DNA from: a virus | DNA: 64,000 nucleotides | Direction: 5' to 3' (one strand) | Virus record (IMG/VR): IMGVR_UViG_3300022744_000002 | Span: 1-64,000 of that record | In this document: positions 25,350 through 32,148 of the stretch, piece after piece | Layout of the letters: every line of letters begins with the position of its first letter | Position numbering within the stretch: position 1 is the stretch's first letter | Program-made: the position numbers and the translations under genes | Notes under the pieces: generated by a model | What the model saw: the letters and a program-made list of their open reading frames with translations, nothing else | Told to the model about the DNA's origin: nothing | The model's database searches: none

Positions 25350-25643
25350 TCAACTAGGAACTGGTTCCGAACCCGCCCACAGGAAGACCGCTGCACGCAG
25401 CAGTTGATCACCTATGGTCATCGCCCTTGCCCCGTGAACGGGCGAGAGCAGGAAGAACAGAGCGGCTGCGCCCAGGACGAGAGCAGACAGCCGATCAGAG
25501 AGCCATGCGATTGCTGGCTCGCGGATGAAGATCTCTCCCTCGCGGCTGACCACCACGTCCTGCGTGGAGAGCCGATTGATGGTGGCGATGATGTTGGCAG
25601 CGATGCGTGCCAGCACGGCCTTGACGGCCGGTATGAACCCCAC
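25350..25643 (-). CDS. Membrane protein (97 aa)
   Basis: GTG start preceded by GGAGG. Hydrophobic segments (LSALVLGAAALFFLLSPV). Confidence 0.55.
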   Translation of the reverse strand: MGFIPAVKAVLARIAANIIATINRLSTQDVVVSREGEIFIREPAIAWLSDRLSALVLGAAALFFLLSPVHGARAMTIGDQLLRAAVFLWAGSEPVPS

Positions 25644-25652
25644 AGGGGCCTC

Positions 25653-25958
25653 CTAGTTGAAGTAGAAGTTGTAGATGGCGCCTGATGGCCCCGTCACGGT
25701 GGTGTGCGGAACCTCAAGGGGAAGCAGTGCTGAGTCCAGGCATCCGGCGATGTAGGAGGCAGCGACGGCGTTGCTGATGACGGTGGTGAGACTCTCGTCC
25801 GTGATCCCCTCGGGGGAGAGGTCCTCGGCCGTCTTGGTGAATGCCCAGGTGGCGTAGGCGTTGGCTACTTCCTGCACTGTCACGGCATTGATGTAATCGG
25901 GGAGCTCGACGTCACCCAAGGCCATAGCCAGAGCGTCGTTGAGGTTGGTGTCGTCCAT
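25653..25958 (-). CDS. Hypothetical acidic protein (101 aa)
   Basis: ORF track. Normal composition. Confidence 0.55.
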   Translation of the reverse strand: MDDTNLNDALAMALGDVELPDYINAVTVQEVANAYATWAFTKTAEDLSPEGITDESLTTVISNAVAASYIAGCLDSALLPLEVPHTTVTGPSGAIYNFYFN

Positions 25959-25979
25959 GTGTCCTCCTTGTTGTGGGAG

Positions 25980-26016
25980 CCGGGGCGAGGCGAGGGAGAC
26001 GTGAACCCCGCCCCGG
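25980..26016 (-). terminator. GC hairpin between 26033 and 25958 genes
   Basis: CCGGGGCG (25980-25987) pairs with CGCCCCGG (26009-26016). Confidence 0.35.
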
Positions 26017-26032
26017 TCCCGGCTTCAGTGGG

Positions 26033-26719
26033 TCATGCTTCCGCGCCGGCGAAAGCCGACTTGGGCATCCGCGCCGGACGGCGCTTGCGCTGCTTGGGGG
26101 TCGCGTGACCCTTGCCGCCATCGTGCACGGTGAACTTAGGGGGATCGACCTTGTCGGCGAAGACCGGATGCTGGGCATCCATCCGCGCCTCCTTGGCTTC
26201 CTGCCCCTTGGCGAAGTACACCTGGGAGATGGTGCTGTAGAAGAAGTACCGCGGGGTCCACAACAGCCCATAGCCGACCCAATCAGTCTTCAGGCAGTCG
26301 TCGCCACGCAGGGCGAGATACGGCGTCCTGACGACCAGGGCGAGGCCCTGCGCGACCTTGTAGGCCAGCAGGGCAGCTGCCAACGAGATGAGGACGATAA
26401 CCGTCATCATGGCGAGCAGCAGCAGGTAGACGCCGTACGCCAGCAGTAGTACTGCGGTGACGGCCATCTTGAGGACATACAGCAGGCCTAGACCGATCCA
26501 CTTGGGGACGGCCAGGGCGTAGCGGAGGGCCTTGCGGAAGCGACCCTCGACGTCGGTCGTCGGGGTCTCGTTATCGCCCACGTTGCGGACGAAGGCAGCC
26601 TTGACGGCTGCCGCGGCCTTGCGCATCTTGGCCGCGAATGCTGCGGCGTATCGCTTGAGCGCACCCTGGCTGGGCTGCTCGACGGACTCGGTGGTCGAGT
26701 CGGTCGTGGTCTCGGTCAT
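26033..26719 (-). CDS. Multi-pass membrane protein (228 aa)
   Basis: Long hydrophobic core (IGLGLLYVLKMAVTAVLLLAYGVYLLLLAMMTVIVLISLAAALLAY). Confidence 0.6.
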   Translation of the reverse strand: MTETTTDSTTESVEQPSQGALKRYAAAFAAKMRKAAAAVKAAFVRNVGDNETPTTDVEGRFRKALRYALAVPKWIGLGLLYVLKMAVTAVLLLAYGVYLLLLAMMTVIVLISLAAALLAYKVAQGLALVVRTPYLALRGDDCLKTDWVGYGLLWTPRYFFYSTISQVYFAKGQEAKEARMDAQHPVFADKVDPPKFTVHDGGKGHATPKQRKRRPARMPKSAFAGAEA

Positions 26720-26741
26720 GACGACCCTTTCGTGGTAGGTA

Positions 26742-26909
26742 CTACTTGAACCAGGAGCGGATGACTCCTGCGATCGTCAGGAGAATGGCTCCTGCGATCA
26801 GGAACGGGGCCATGAGCCCCGAGAGGACCACCAGCCACATGGGCGCGGTGATCACCAGCAGGATGAGGAGGCAGCCGACTGCTGCCCCGTTGTTGCTGGA
26901 CTGACGCAT
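26742..26909 (-). CDS. Small two-TM membrane protein (55 aa)
   Basis: MRQSSNNGAAVGCLLILLVITAPMWLVVLSGLMAPFLIAGAILLTIAGVIRSWFK. GGAG RBS. Preferred over the overlapping Arg/Pro-rich track ORF 26716..26919. Confidence 0.5.
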   Translation of the reverse strand: MRQSSNNGAAVGCLLILLVITAPMWLVVLSGLMAPFLIAGAILLTIAGVIRSWFK

Positions 26910-26923
26910 GGCTTCTCACTCTC

Positions 26924-27421
26924 CTAACCAGTGCGGTAGCGGCCTCCGTAGAGGCTGCACCTCCAGACCTTGAAGGGCTGGAGAACGGGGTTGAGCACGT
27001 CCGTGCCCAATCGGGTGTAGGTAGCCCGGGTGAGCTCCTGAGTGATCTCTAGGGCGATGCGGGTGACGTTCTCGGGGTCCGCAATGTCCTTCTTGGGATC
27101 GGGGTCACCAAGCCAGTTGCTGTCCCCGGCCACCGACTCCCTGACCCAGTCGAGGATCTCACCGAGGTCATAGTGGGTGTCGAACTCCGGGTCGTCGTCG
27201 TTGAACTCGGCGATGACGTCGTCCCAGTCCACGTACATGTCCCAGGACAGCACCCAGACGTCGCTCTCGTCGAACTCCGCTGAGTCGTGCAGCCACTCGT
27301 TGATGATTTCCCAAAGGCCCCACTTGGACAGCGCGACCTCGAGCATGTTGTCCGCGTGATTGGGGCGGAAGTCGGGCGGGCAGATGGAGATGATGCCCGC
27401 GTGATTCAGTTCGTATCCCAC
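26924..27421 (-). CDS. Hypothetical acidic protein (165 aa)
   Basis: GTG start preceded by GGGAGG. Trp/Asp-rich. Confidence 0.55.
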   Translation of the reverse strand: MGYELNHAGIISICPPDFRPNHADNMLEVALSKWGLWEIINEWLHDSAEFDESDVWVLSWDMYVDWDDVIAEFNDDDPEFDTHYDLGEILDWVRESVAGDSNWLGDPDPKKDIADPENVTRIALEITQELTRATYTRLGTDVLNPVLQPFKVWRCSLYGGRYRTG

Positions 27422-27440
27422 GGCACCTCCCTAGATAGGA

Positions 27441-27472
27441 ACAGCCCCCAGAGGTGGGCCTCTGGGGGCTGT
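27441..27472 (-). terminator. Perfect 14-bp hairpin in the leader between promoter P3 and gene 26924..27421
   Basis: ACAGCCCCCAGAGG-tggg-CCTCTGGGGGCTGT. Confidence 0.5.
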
Positions 27473-27493
27473 CGGGCACAGCTATCGCAGTGC

Positions 27494-27530
27494 GGGTTCT
27501 ATTATCCCACACTTTAGGACTTTGGATCAA
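27494..27530 (-). promoter_or_regulatory. Promoter P3 (extended -10 type), leftward
   Basis: Minus strand reads TTGATC-18 nt-TGgGATAAT. It shares the AAAGTGTG element with P1 and P2. Confidence 0.45.
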
Positions 27531-27694
27531 GTCCGATGGACGGTCTGCCACGCGTGCGGGAGGTGCCCGCCGTTGCGCAGCCACTCGTCGCCGGCCTGGA
27601 GCAGGTCAGCGACGCGCTGGTAGTCGATCAGCTCTCCGGCCAGCCCTCGGCCGACCAAGTCCCGGATCTCGGCGTAGCAGGCTTCGATATCCAT
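27527..27694 (-). CDS. Small hypothetical protein (55 aa)
   Basis: MDIEACYAEIRDLVGRGLAGELIDYQRVADLL... Starts right after the stop of the upstream small ORF. Below the track cutoff. Confidence 0.45.
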   Translation of the reverse strand: MDIEACYAEIRDLVGRGLAGELIDYQRVADLLQAGDEWLRNGGHLPHAWQTVHRT

Positions 27695-27847
27695 CTACAT
27701 CAGTCCCATCGTTATCAGTGGTGAGACGCACCCTTCTGGGCAGCGTCCGTCTTGCTCGATCGTGTGGCCGTGCGGGCAGATGAGGCAACTGTCCAAGCCG
27801 TACCCATCCGTTTCCCACCCCTCGGGCAGGATCTCTTCGAGGTCCAT
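27695..27847 (-). CDS. Small zinc-ribbon-like protein (50 aa)
   Basis: MDLEEILPEGWETDGYGLDSCLICPHGHTIEQDGRCPEGC... ATG directly abuts the TAG of the upstream gene. Confidence 0.45.
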   Translation of the reverse strand: MDLEEILPEGWETDGYGLDSCLICPHGHTIEQDGRCPEGCVSPLITMGLM

Positions 27848-28774
27848 CTACTTGCTCCCTCCCGTGCCGTAGCGGCACGCATCGCGGGTCAGCGCCTGCA
27901 TGGATTCGGTCCATGCGGACGGGTGAAGACCCGAACTCAGTGACAGCCGGACCAGATTGGCCAGGCCGTAATCGGGGTCGGCCTCCTGGGCGAAGTCCAG
28001 AGCCACCAGGGCTCGAGCACCGTCACCCAGCTGCCAGGCGCTGATCGCCGCGCAGGTGGCTGCGGGAGCCACATCCTGCGGGTGCAGGGTCCGGCAGATG
28101 GCCGAGAACAGGTCGTAGGCTTTCTGCTGCTTGTCGGTGCGGACTGCCTCCCACAAGACGGTGTCGCGGACCCGGATGTCGAACAGTGCGCAGCCCAGCT
28201 CGCGCAGGACAGGCGCCGTACGCGGAGCGCGAGACATAGCCTTGGCGAGGCGGGAGAGGTACTGGTCCCGCTCCTCCTCGTTCAGTCGCGTGGGGTCCAG
28301 TCGTACGGTCCCCACCGGCCGGCAATCGTTCTTGAGCTGCTCGCGGTCCAGCAGCGGGGCGACACCCTCGATGACGAACTCCGGGGGCACCGAGGTGTCG
28401 ATGTCCCTGCCCTGAGGTGGGCAGCACTCCGGGTCATCGCACATCAGTGAGGCCCAGCGACCGTCCTTGACCCACAGGAAGTCCTTGACGTGGGTGGGGA
28501 AGGTGTCGGAGAAGTCGATCGCCTTCTGACGGTCGATCTTGCCGTAGGTGACCAGCACGACCTCATCGGGATTCTGCTGGTCCGCTGGGCCGTAGAAGGC
28601 GCGGGGATCGGCCAACGTGGGCTCAGTATCCGCGCGCTGGGTGAGGAGTACCGAACCGTCCTTGATCCAGACGGCGACGATGCTCATGGACGGCGTGAAC
28701 CCCAGTATGTAGGGGATCGACGCGACGAGTGCTCCTGGTGAACTCAGGACCACGGGGGACAGGGCGTTGGACAT
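27848..28774 (-). CDS. DUF4192-like protein (308 aa)
   Basis: The N-terminus SSPGALVASIPYILGFTPSMSIVAVW and overall layout match what I remember of the actinobacterial DUF4192 family. The internal ATG at 28774 overlaps the upstream stop. Confidence 0.55.
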   Translation of the reverse strand: MSNALSPVVLSSPGALVASIPYILGFTPSMSIVAVWIKDGSVLLTQRADTEPTLADPRAFYGPADQQNPDEVVLVTYGKIDRQKAIDFSDTFPTHVKDFLWVKDGRWASLMCDDPECCPPQGRDIDTSVPPEFVIEGVAPLLDREQLKNDCRPVGTVRLDPTRLNEEERDQYLSRLAKAMSRAPRTAPVLRELGCALFDIRVRDTVLWEAVRTDKQQKAYDLFSAICRTLHPQDVAPAATCAAISAWQLGDGARALVALDFAQEADPDYGLANLVRLSLSSGLHPSAWTESMQALTRDACRYGTGGSK

Positions 28775-29076
28775 CAGATCTCCTTGTGGGGGCAGTCGGC
28801 GGGCAGATGGCGGTTGTAGCAACCCGAGCAGTAGATGTCCTCGTCCTCCTCGTCGTCCGGCCCCTTCATGTGCTCCTCCCAGCAGGAGGGGCAGGTACCG
28901 GTGATGAGGAGCTCGCGGGCATCCGCGGACAGGGTGGGGAAGGCGTCCTGGATGAACGCCCCCTCGCGGTACTTCAGGTATCCCTCGTAGGACACCAGCA
29001 GCACGCTCTGCTTCTTGCAGAACGAGCAGGGCTTGCACTGCACCTCGACCATCTCGGTCAGGTAGGGCTCGTTCAC
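28774..29076 (-). CDS. Cys-rich (multiple CxxC) protein (100 aa)
   Basis: CKPCSFC, CPSC and CSGC motifs. Overlapping start and stop codons. Confidence 0.6.
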   Translation of the reverse strand: MNEPYLTEMVEVQCKPCSFCKKQSVLLVSYEGYLKYREGAFIQDAFPTLSADARELLITGTCPSCWEEHMKGPDDEEDEDIYCSGCYNRHLPADCPHKEI

Positions 29077-29294
29077 GACTCCTCCTCGATGAAGAGGAGC
29101 TCGCGGGTGACGAAGTCCTCAAACTTGCCACCGAAGTCGGCGACCGAGGCCACTCGTGCTCGCTCATCTTCAGTGAGGCTGGCCTGGTTGCCGCTGGTGT
29201 AGGCGTTCCACCAGACCACCCAGTCGTTGAGCGACTTAGCCAAGGCGTTGTAGCCCCGGTCGAACTCGGAGTCATTGACCTTTTTCTCATTCAT
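29073..29294 (-). CDS. Hypothetical protein (73 aa)
   Basis: ORF track. ATGA overlap downstream. Confidence 0.55.
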   Translation of the reverse strand: MNEKKVNDSEFDRGYNALAKSLNDWVVWWNAYTSGNQASLTEDERARVASVADFGGKFEDFVTRELLFIEEES

Positions 29295-29304
29295 GGTGTC
29301 TCCC

Positions 29305-29631
29305 TCACCTGTGCGTGCGGCACACGGAATCGAATGCCGCGTGGACGCCCTTCTTGGCGTCTGACGTGGATACGTTGAACTGGCTGACCAGCATCGGGCT
29401 GAGCTGGCTAGCGGTGATGGTCTGGAACGCCGGCCGGCTGGACAGCCCGTACTGGTGGTCGTTGGCGTTCCACAGCCTGCACAGGTTCGTGCGGGCGCTA
29501 GATGGCAGATCGCGGAGCGAGTCCACGACGTACCCCTTGATCTGAAGGCGATCGAAGGAGTCTGCCTGTGCTGGGGTAGCCAGCGTTAGTGTTGCTAGGA
29601 CGGTTGCCAGAACGGCGATAGTGAGCTTCAT
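29305..29631 (-). CDS. Secreted small protein (Sec signal peptide, two Cys)
   Basis: MKLTIAVLATVLATLTLATPAQA-DS is a canonical signal peptide with an AxA cleavage site. RBS GAGGGAGA. Confidence 0.65.
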   Translation of the reverse strand: MKLTIAVLATVLATLTLATPAQADSFDRLQIKGYVVDSLRDLPSSARTNLCRLWNANDHQYGLSSRPAFQTITASQLSPMLVSQFNVSTSDAKKGVHAAFDSVCRTHR

Positions 29632-29645
29632 CAGAGTCTCCCTCT

Positions 29646-29705
29646 AACGCAAAATGCCCCTGTCGTGTGACAGGGGCACCAAGGAGGGGGCCGAAGCCCC
29701 CTCCT
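29646..29705 (-). terminator. Tandem intrinsic terminators downstream of the ParB-like gene
   Basis: AGGAGGGGG-ccgaag-CCCCCTCCT (29682-29705), then GCCCCTGTC-gtgt-GACAGGGGC (29656-29677) followed on the minus strand by ATTTTGCGTT. Confidence 0.65.
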
Positions 29706-29712
29706 GGTCGTG

Positions 29713-30513
29713 CTAGGCGACAGCCAGCTTGGAGCCGTTGCCGCGCTTCCAGTTGTAGGTCTCCTCGAGGATCTTGCAGATCTCCCCGGTCGGCCGGTTG
29801 TTGCCGACAGCCCGTGCACGGGACGCAGCCAGCAGCTGCGAGACCGTGTACTTGCTGGCGACCTTCTTGATCAGGACAGCCTGATCGATGTTGGGGTCGT
29901 TCCAGTGCTTGGCCCAGAAGATGGCCAGTCCCTCGACGATGTCCCCGCGGAAGGGGTCTCCGGTCTTGCCGTAGATCTCGTACGAGGTGGACAGCGCCAT
30001 ACCGAGGAAGTATTTCTGGTCCACGATGTTGCTGCCCTTCTTCTCCAGGATCCGGTACATCAGCGAGATGCACCCCACTGTCTTGCCGTGGGACCTCGCT
30101 CCGGTGCTGAACCCGAGATCGGTGACGACCTCCTCGATGGCCAGAGCCACGGGGTTCTGCGCCTCAAGAGAGACCAGGTGGTTGGCATACGGAGCCACCG
30201 CCTTACGCCCCTTGTTGAAGCCCTGGAACATGTTCGCCTCTTCGACGGTGGTCAGGTTCTCGTAGACCTTGACGTCGAAGAGGTACTTGTAGTTGTTCTT
30301 GCGGGTGGTCATGGCCAGCCAACGCTGCTGACCATCAAGGAGGTAGATGTTCCCGTCCTTGCGGCGTGAACCCACCAAGGTGCCCACGTAGTCGTCATTC
30401 CACTCGCGAGCGAGTCGATTGACGTGAGCCACCTCCTCAGCCCGCTGGATCTTCGGGTCAACCCTCAGCTGACCAGCAGGGACCTGTTCCATCTTGTGCT
30501 TCTTTGCAGCCAT
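29713..30513 (-). CDS. ParB N-terminal (ParB/Srx nuclease-like) domain protein
   Basis: QLRVDPKIQRAEE...YLLDGQQRW motif pair typical of ParB-like nuclease domains. First gene after promoter P1. Confidence 0.65.
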   Translation of the reverse strand: MAAKKHKMEQVPAGQLRVDPKIQRAEEVAHVNRLAREWNDDYVGTLVGSRRKDGNIYLLDGQQRWLAMTTRKNNYKYLFDVKVYENLTTVEEANMFQGFNKGRKAVAPYANHLVSLEAQNPVALAIEEVVTDLGFSTGARSHGKTVGCISLMYRILEKKGSNIVDQKYFLGMALSTSYEIYGKTGDPFRGDIVEGLAIFWAKHWNDPNIDQAVLIKKVASKYTVSQLLAASRARAVGNNRPTGEICKILEETYNWKRGNGSKLAVA

Positions 30514-30668
30514 GCGGCTGTCCTCCTATGTTGCGATGAATGCCTCAGGCGAGTGCCTGAGGACTTGTCCTTCGGACCCGCGGGACGCGTTTCTCAGTCC
30601 GTGCGGGGTCATGCAAAATGCGCCAGAAGGGCCTGTGACGGGGGAGAAACAGGCACACCTCTGGCGCA

Positions 30669-30705
30669 CGTATTAATTATAGCACACTTTCACACTTAGT
30701 CTCTA
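30669..30705 (-). promoter_or_regulatory. Promoter P1 (extended -10), leftward
   Basis: Minus strand reads TAGAGA-18 nt-TGcTATAAT (TATAAT = 30676-30681). Confidence 0.5.
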
Positions 30706-30715
30706 GTGCATAGCA

Positions 30716-30745
30716 TGCAAAAAGCCCAGCGGGGGAGCTGGGCTT
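30716..30745 (-). terminator. Canonical intrinsic terminator between P2 and P1
   Basis: Minus strand reads AAGCCCAGC-tccccc-GCTGGGCTT followed by TTTGCA (a run of five T including the stem end). Confidence 0.65.
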
Positions 30746-30822
30746 AGGTCTCCTGAGGACTTGAACCTCACCCGGCGACCGGGGTGACTCTTGGAGAGAT
30801 CGGGGTCGTTTCCTTTCCCGAT
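30716..30822 (-). ncRNA. Candidate ~105-nt structured small RNA (promoter P2 to terminator)
   Basis: No ORF. Three internal hairpins, including UGAGG-UUCAAGU-CCUCA (T-arm-like), enclosed by UCUCC/GGAGA. Bounded by an extended -10 promoter and a U-tract terminator. Confidence 0.3.
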
Positions 30823-30857
30823 GCCTCTAATATAGCACACTTTGCACTAAAACTCTA
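30822..30857 (-). promoter_or_regulatory. Promoter P2 (extended -10), leftward
   Basis: Minus strand reads TAGAGT-17 nt-TGcTATATT (TATATT = 30829-30834). About 30 nt are nearly identical to P1. Confidence 0.5.
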
Positions 30858-30879
30858 GTGAGAGCGGGCAGAACTGCCC

Positions 30880-31032
30880 CTAATGGGTACAGAACACCAG
30901 CCCAGCGAAGCGGACCGTGCCCTTCTCGTGGCAGGACTCGCAGAGCGTGCCCTCCTTGGAGTCGAACACGTCATCACCAGGGAAGAGCATGCGCTCGCAG
31001 AGCGTGCACTCGGTGAACTCCGTGCCAGTCAT
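30880..31032 (-). CDS. Small zinc-ribbon-like protein (50 aa; start uncertain, track gives 31068)
   Basis: CTLC ... CESC pairs. Neither candidate start has a good RBS. Confidence 0.4.
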   Translation of the reverse strand: MTGTEFTECTLCERMLFPGDDVFDSKEGTLCESCHEKGTVRFAGLVFCTH

Positions 31033-31368
31033 GTCTCTAACTCTAAGGTAAGGGGAGCCTTCCTGCAAGACCTGACACGCTCGCTGGCGGCCCTGAGGGG
31101 CCGCTGCGCTCGCGTCTGTTCTCTAGCTCCGGGTGTCTGAAGGACAGAAACCACCCATAAGGGGATGCAGGTGCTTCGCGAGCAGAGTGCTACCTCCGAC
31201 ATTTCTCTGCAGTCGCCGCCCCTGTATGCACCACGCCGAGCAGGGGAATCACCCTCGGCACTCGTGGCTTACGGTGGCTGTAGCTGGCTCACGTTGGCTC
31301 CTGTTGTCAGGAGTGGCAGCCATCCCGTAGATTTCGGGCTGCGAGTGGCTGCACACTCGCTGGTACGT

Positions 31369-31400
31369 GCACCCGGCCTTCCCACGAAGGGGCCGGGTGC
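31369..31400 (-). terminator. Long hairpin (10-14 bp)
   Basis: GCACCCGGCC-ttcccacgaagg-GGCCGGGTGC, with an inner CCTT/AAGG extension. Confidence 0.45.
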
Positions 31401-31437
31401 AGCCATTTGTAGACCTGTTCGATTCGGGTGTCAACAG

Positions 31438-31473
31438 CACAGCCCGCCACCCGAGGCAGGGCAGCGGGCTGTG
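31438..31473 (-). terminator. 10-bp hairpin immediately after the coiled-coil gene stop
   Basis: CACAGCCCGC ... GCGGGCTGTG. Confidence 0.5.
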
Positions 31474-31480
31474 GGACCTG

Positions 31481-31912
31481 CTAGGACAGGCTGTTGAGCT
31501 CGTCCACCTGTGCCTGCACGAGGCCGGCTGCCGCGGTGTTGGCGTCCGACTGTGCCTGGAGGGCGGCCTGAGCCGCCTGCAGCGCCGCCTGAAGGTCGGC
31601 GACCTGCTGGGCGAAGGCAGCGTCGTCGGCCGTGTCTGCCGCCTCAGAGGCTGCCAGAGCCGCGGCAGCTGCGTCAGCAGCAGCCTGGGCGTTGGTAGCC
31701 ACGGTGGTGACGTCAGCCAGGATCTGTCCGATGCGATCGACCGCTGCCTCGAGGGCAGTGGTGACCTCTTCGAGAGTTGCCATGCGTGATTCCAATCTGT
31801 CTAGTCGATCATCGATGTGGTGGAGGGCATGGGATAGCAGGTCGATCTTGTGCTCCAGTGCCGTCAGATCGTGGTTGAACAACGGCTCTCCCATCTGTTG
31901 GTGCGGGATCAC
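31481..31912 (-). CDS. Ala/Gln-rich coiled-coil protein (143 aa)
   Basis: Heptad-like LEHKIDLLSHALHHIDDRLDRLESRMATLEEV and AQQVADLQAALQAAQAALQAQ. First gene of the leftward block. Confidence 0.55.
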   Translation of the reverse strand: MIPHQQMGEPLFNHDLTALEHKIDLLSHALHHIDDRLDRLESRMATLEEVTTALEAAVDRIGQILADVTTVATNAQAAADAAAAALAASEAADTADDAAFAQQVADLQAALQAAQAALQAQSDANTAAAGLVQAQVDELNSLS

Positions 31913-32148
31913 CCCGCCTGACCAGAGTAAGCCGCTGAGCGGGACACATCGATGAACGCGGTGCTAACGTCGAGGTCCGCGCTTGCTGCGGTGCTGTGAA
32001 CACGCTGGGCGGGGTCGTACGGATTTTGACACCTTTCGGCCGTCAAGGACTCCCATGACCCACCTCCACCGGCGAGGAGTACCTGCCCCGCCCAGCAGAA
32101 TCTTGCAGTAGTAGACAAGAGTATGCAGGAGGGTGTAGACAACTGCCC

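Larger units (their letters stand above)
31069..31480. other. About 410-nt region without a convincing ORF, rich in long GC hairpins
   Basis: Only Arg/Pro/Ser-rich track ORFs. Hairpins at 31369-31400, 31438-31473 and GCGGCCC-tgag-GGGCCGC (~31088-31105). Confidence 0.4.

Noticed and set aside
26716-26919. Track ORF of 67 aa (MRSHASVQQQRGSSRLPPHPAGDHRAH...).
   Set aside because: Its composition is implausible. A different minus-strand frame (26742..26909) encodes a clean two-TM protein with an RBS, so I annotated that instead.
27536-27724. Plus-strand 62-aa ORF in the middle of the leftward operon.
   Set aside because: It is antisense to two tightly abutting minus-strand small ORFs (27527..27694 and 27695..27847). 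Those fit the operon direction and contain zinc-ribbon motifs.
27848-29290. Very long N-terminal extensions offered by the track for minus-strand genes (27848..29290, 20501..21520, 21250..21756, 21671..22405, 19725..20234 and others).
   Set aside because: The extensions are Arg/Pro/Gly-rich and overlap upstream genes in another frame. Internal ATG/GTG codons with RBS-like sequences and ATGA-type overlaps give compact, sensible proteins.
30745-30830. Possible tRNA gene on the minus strand because of a GGTTCAAGTCC T-loop-like element.
   Set aside because: I could not build a 7-bp acceptor stem, a D-arm or an anticodon arm with a 7-nt loop. I kept it only as a tRNA-like feature of a candidate small RNA.
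31133-31497. Plus-strand ORFs 31133..31330 and 31165..31497 in the ORF-free region.
   Set aside because: They have Ser/Arg/Pro/Cys-rich composition and no RBS, and they run through terminator hairpins. They are more likely non-coding.
32111-32142. Direct repeat GTAGACAA (32111-32118 and 32135-42) flanking the helicase RBS as a possible operator.
   Set aside because: There are only two 8-mers with no supporting symmetry or further copies that I could find. The repeat is mentioned for completeness but is too weak to call.
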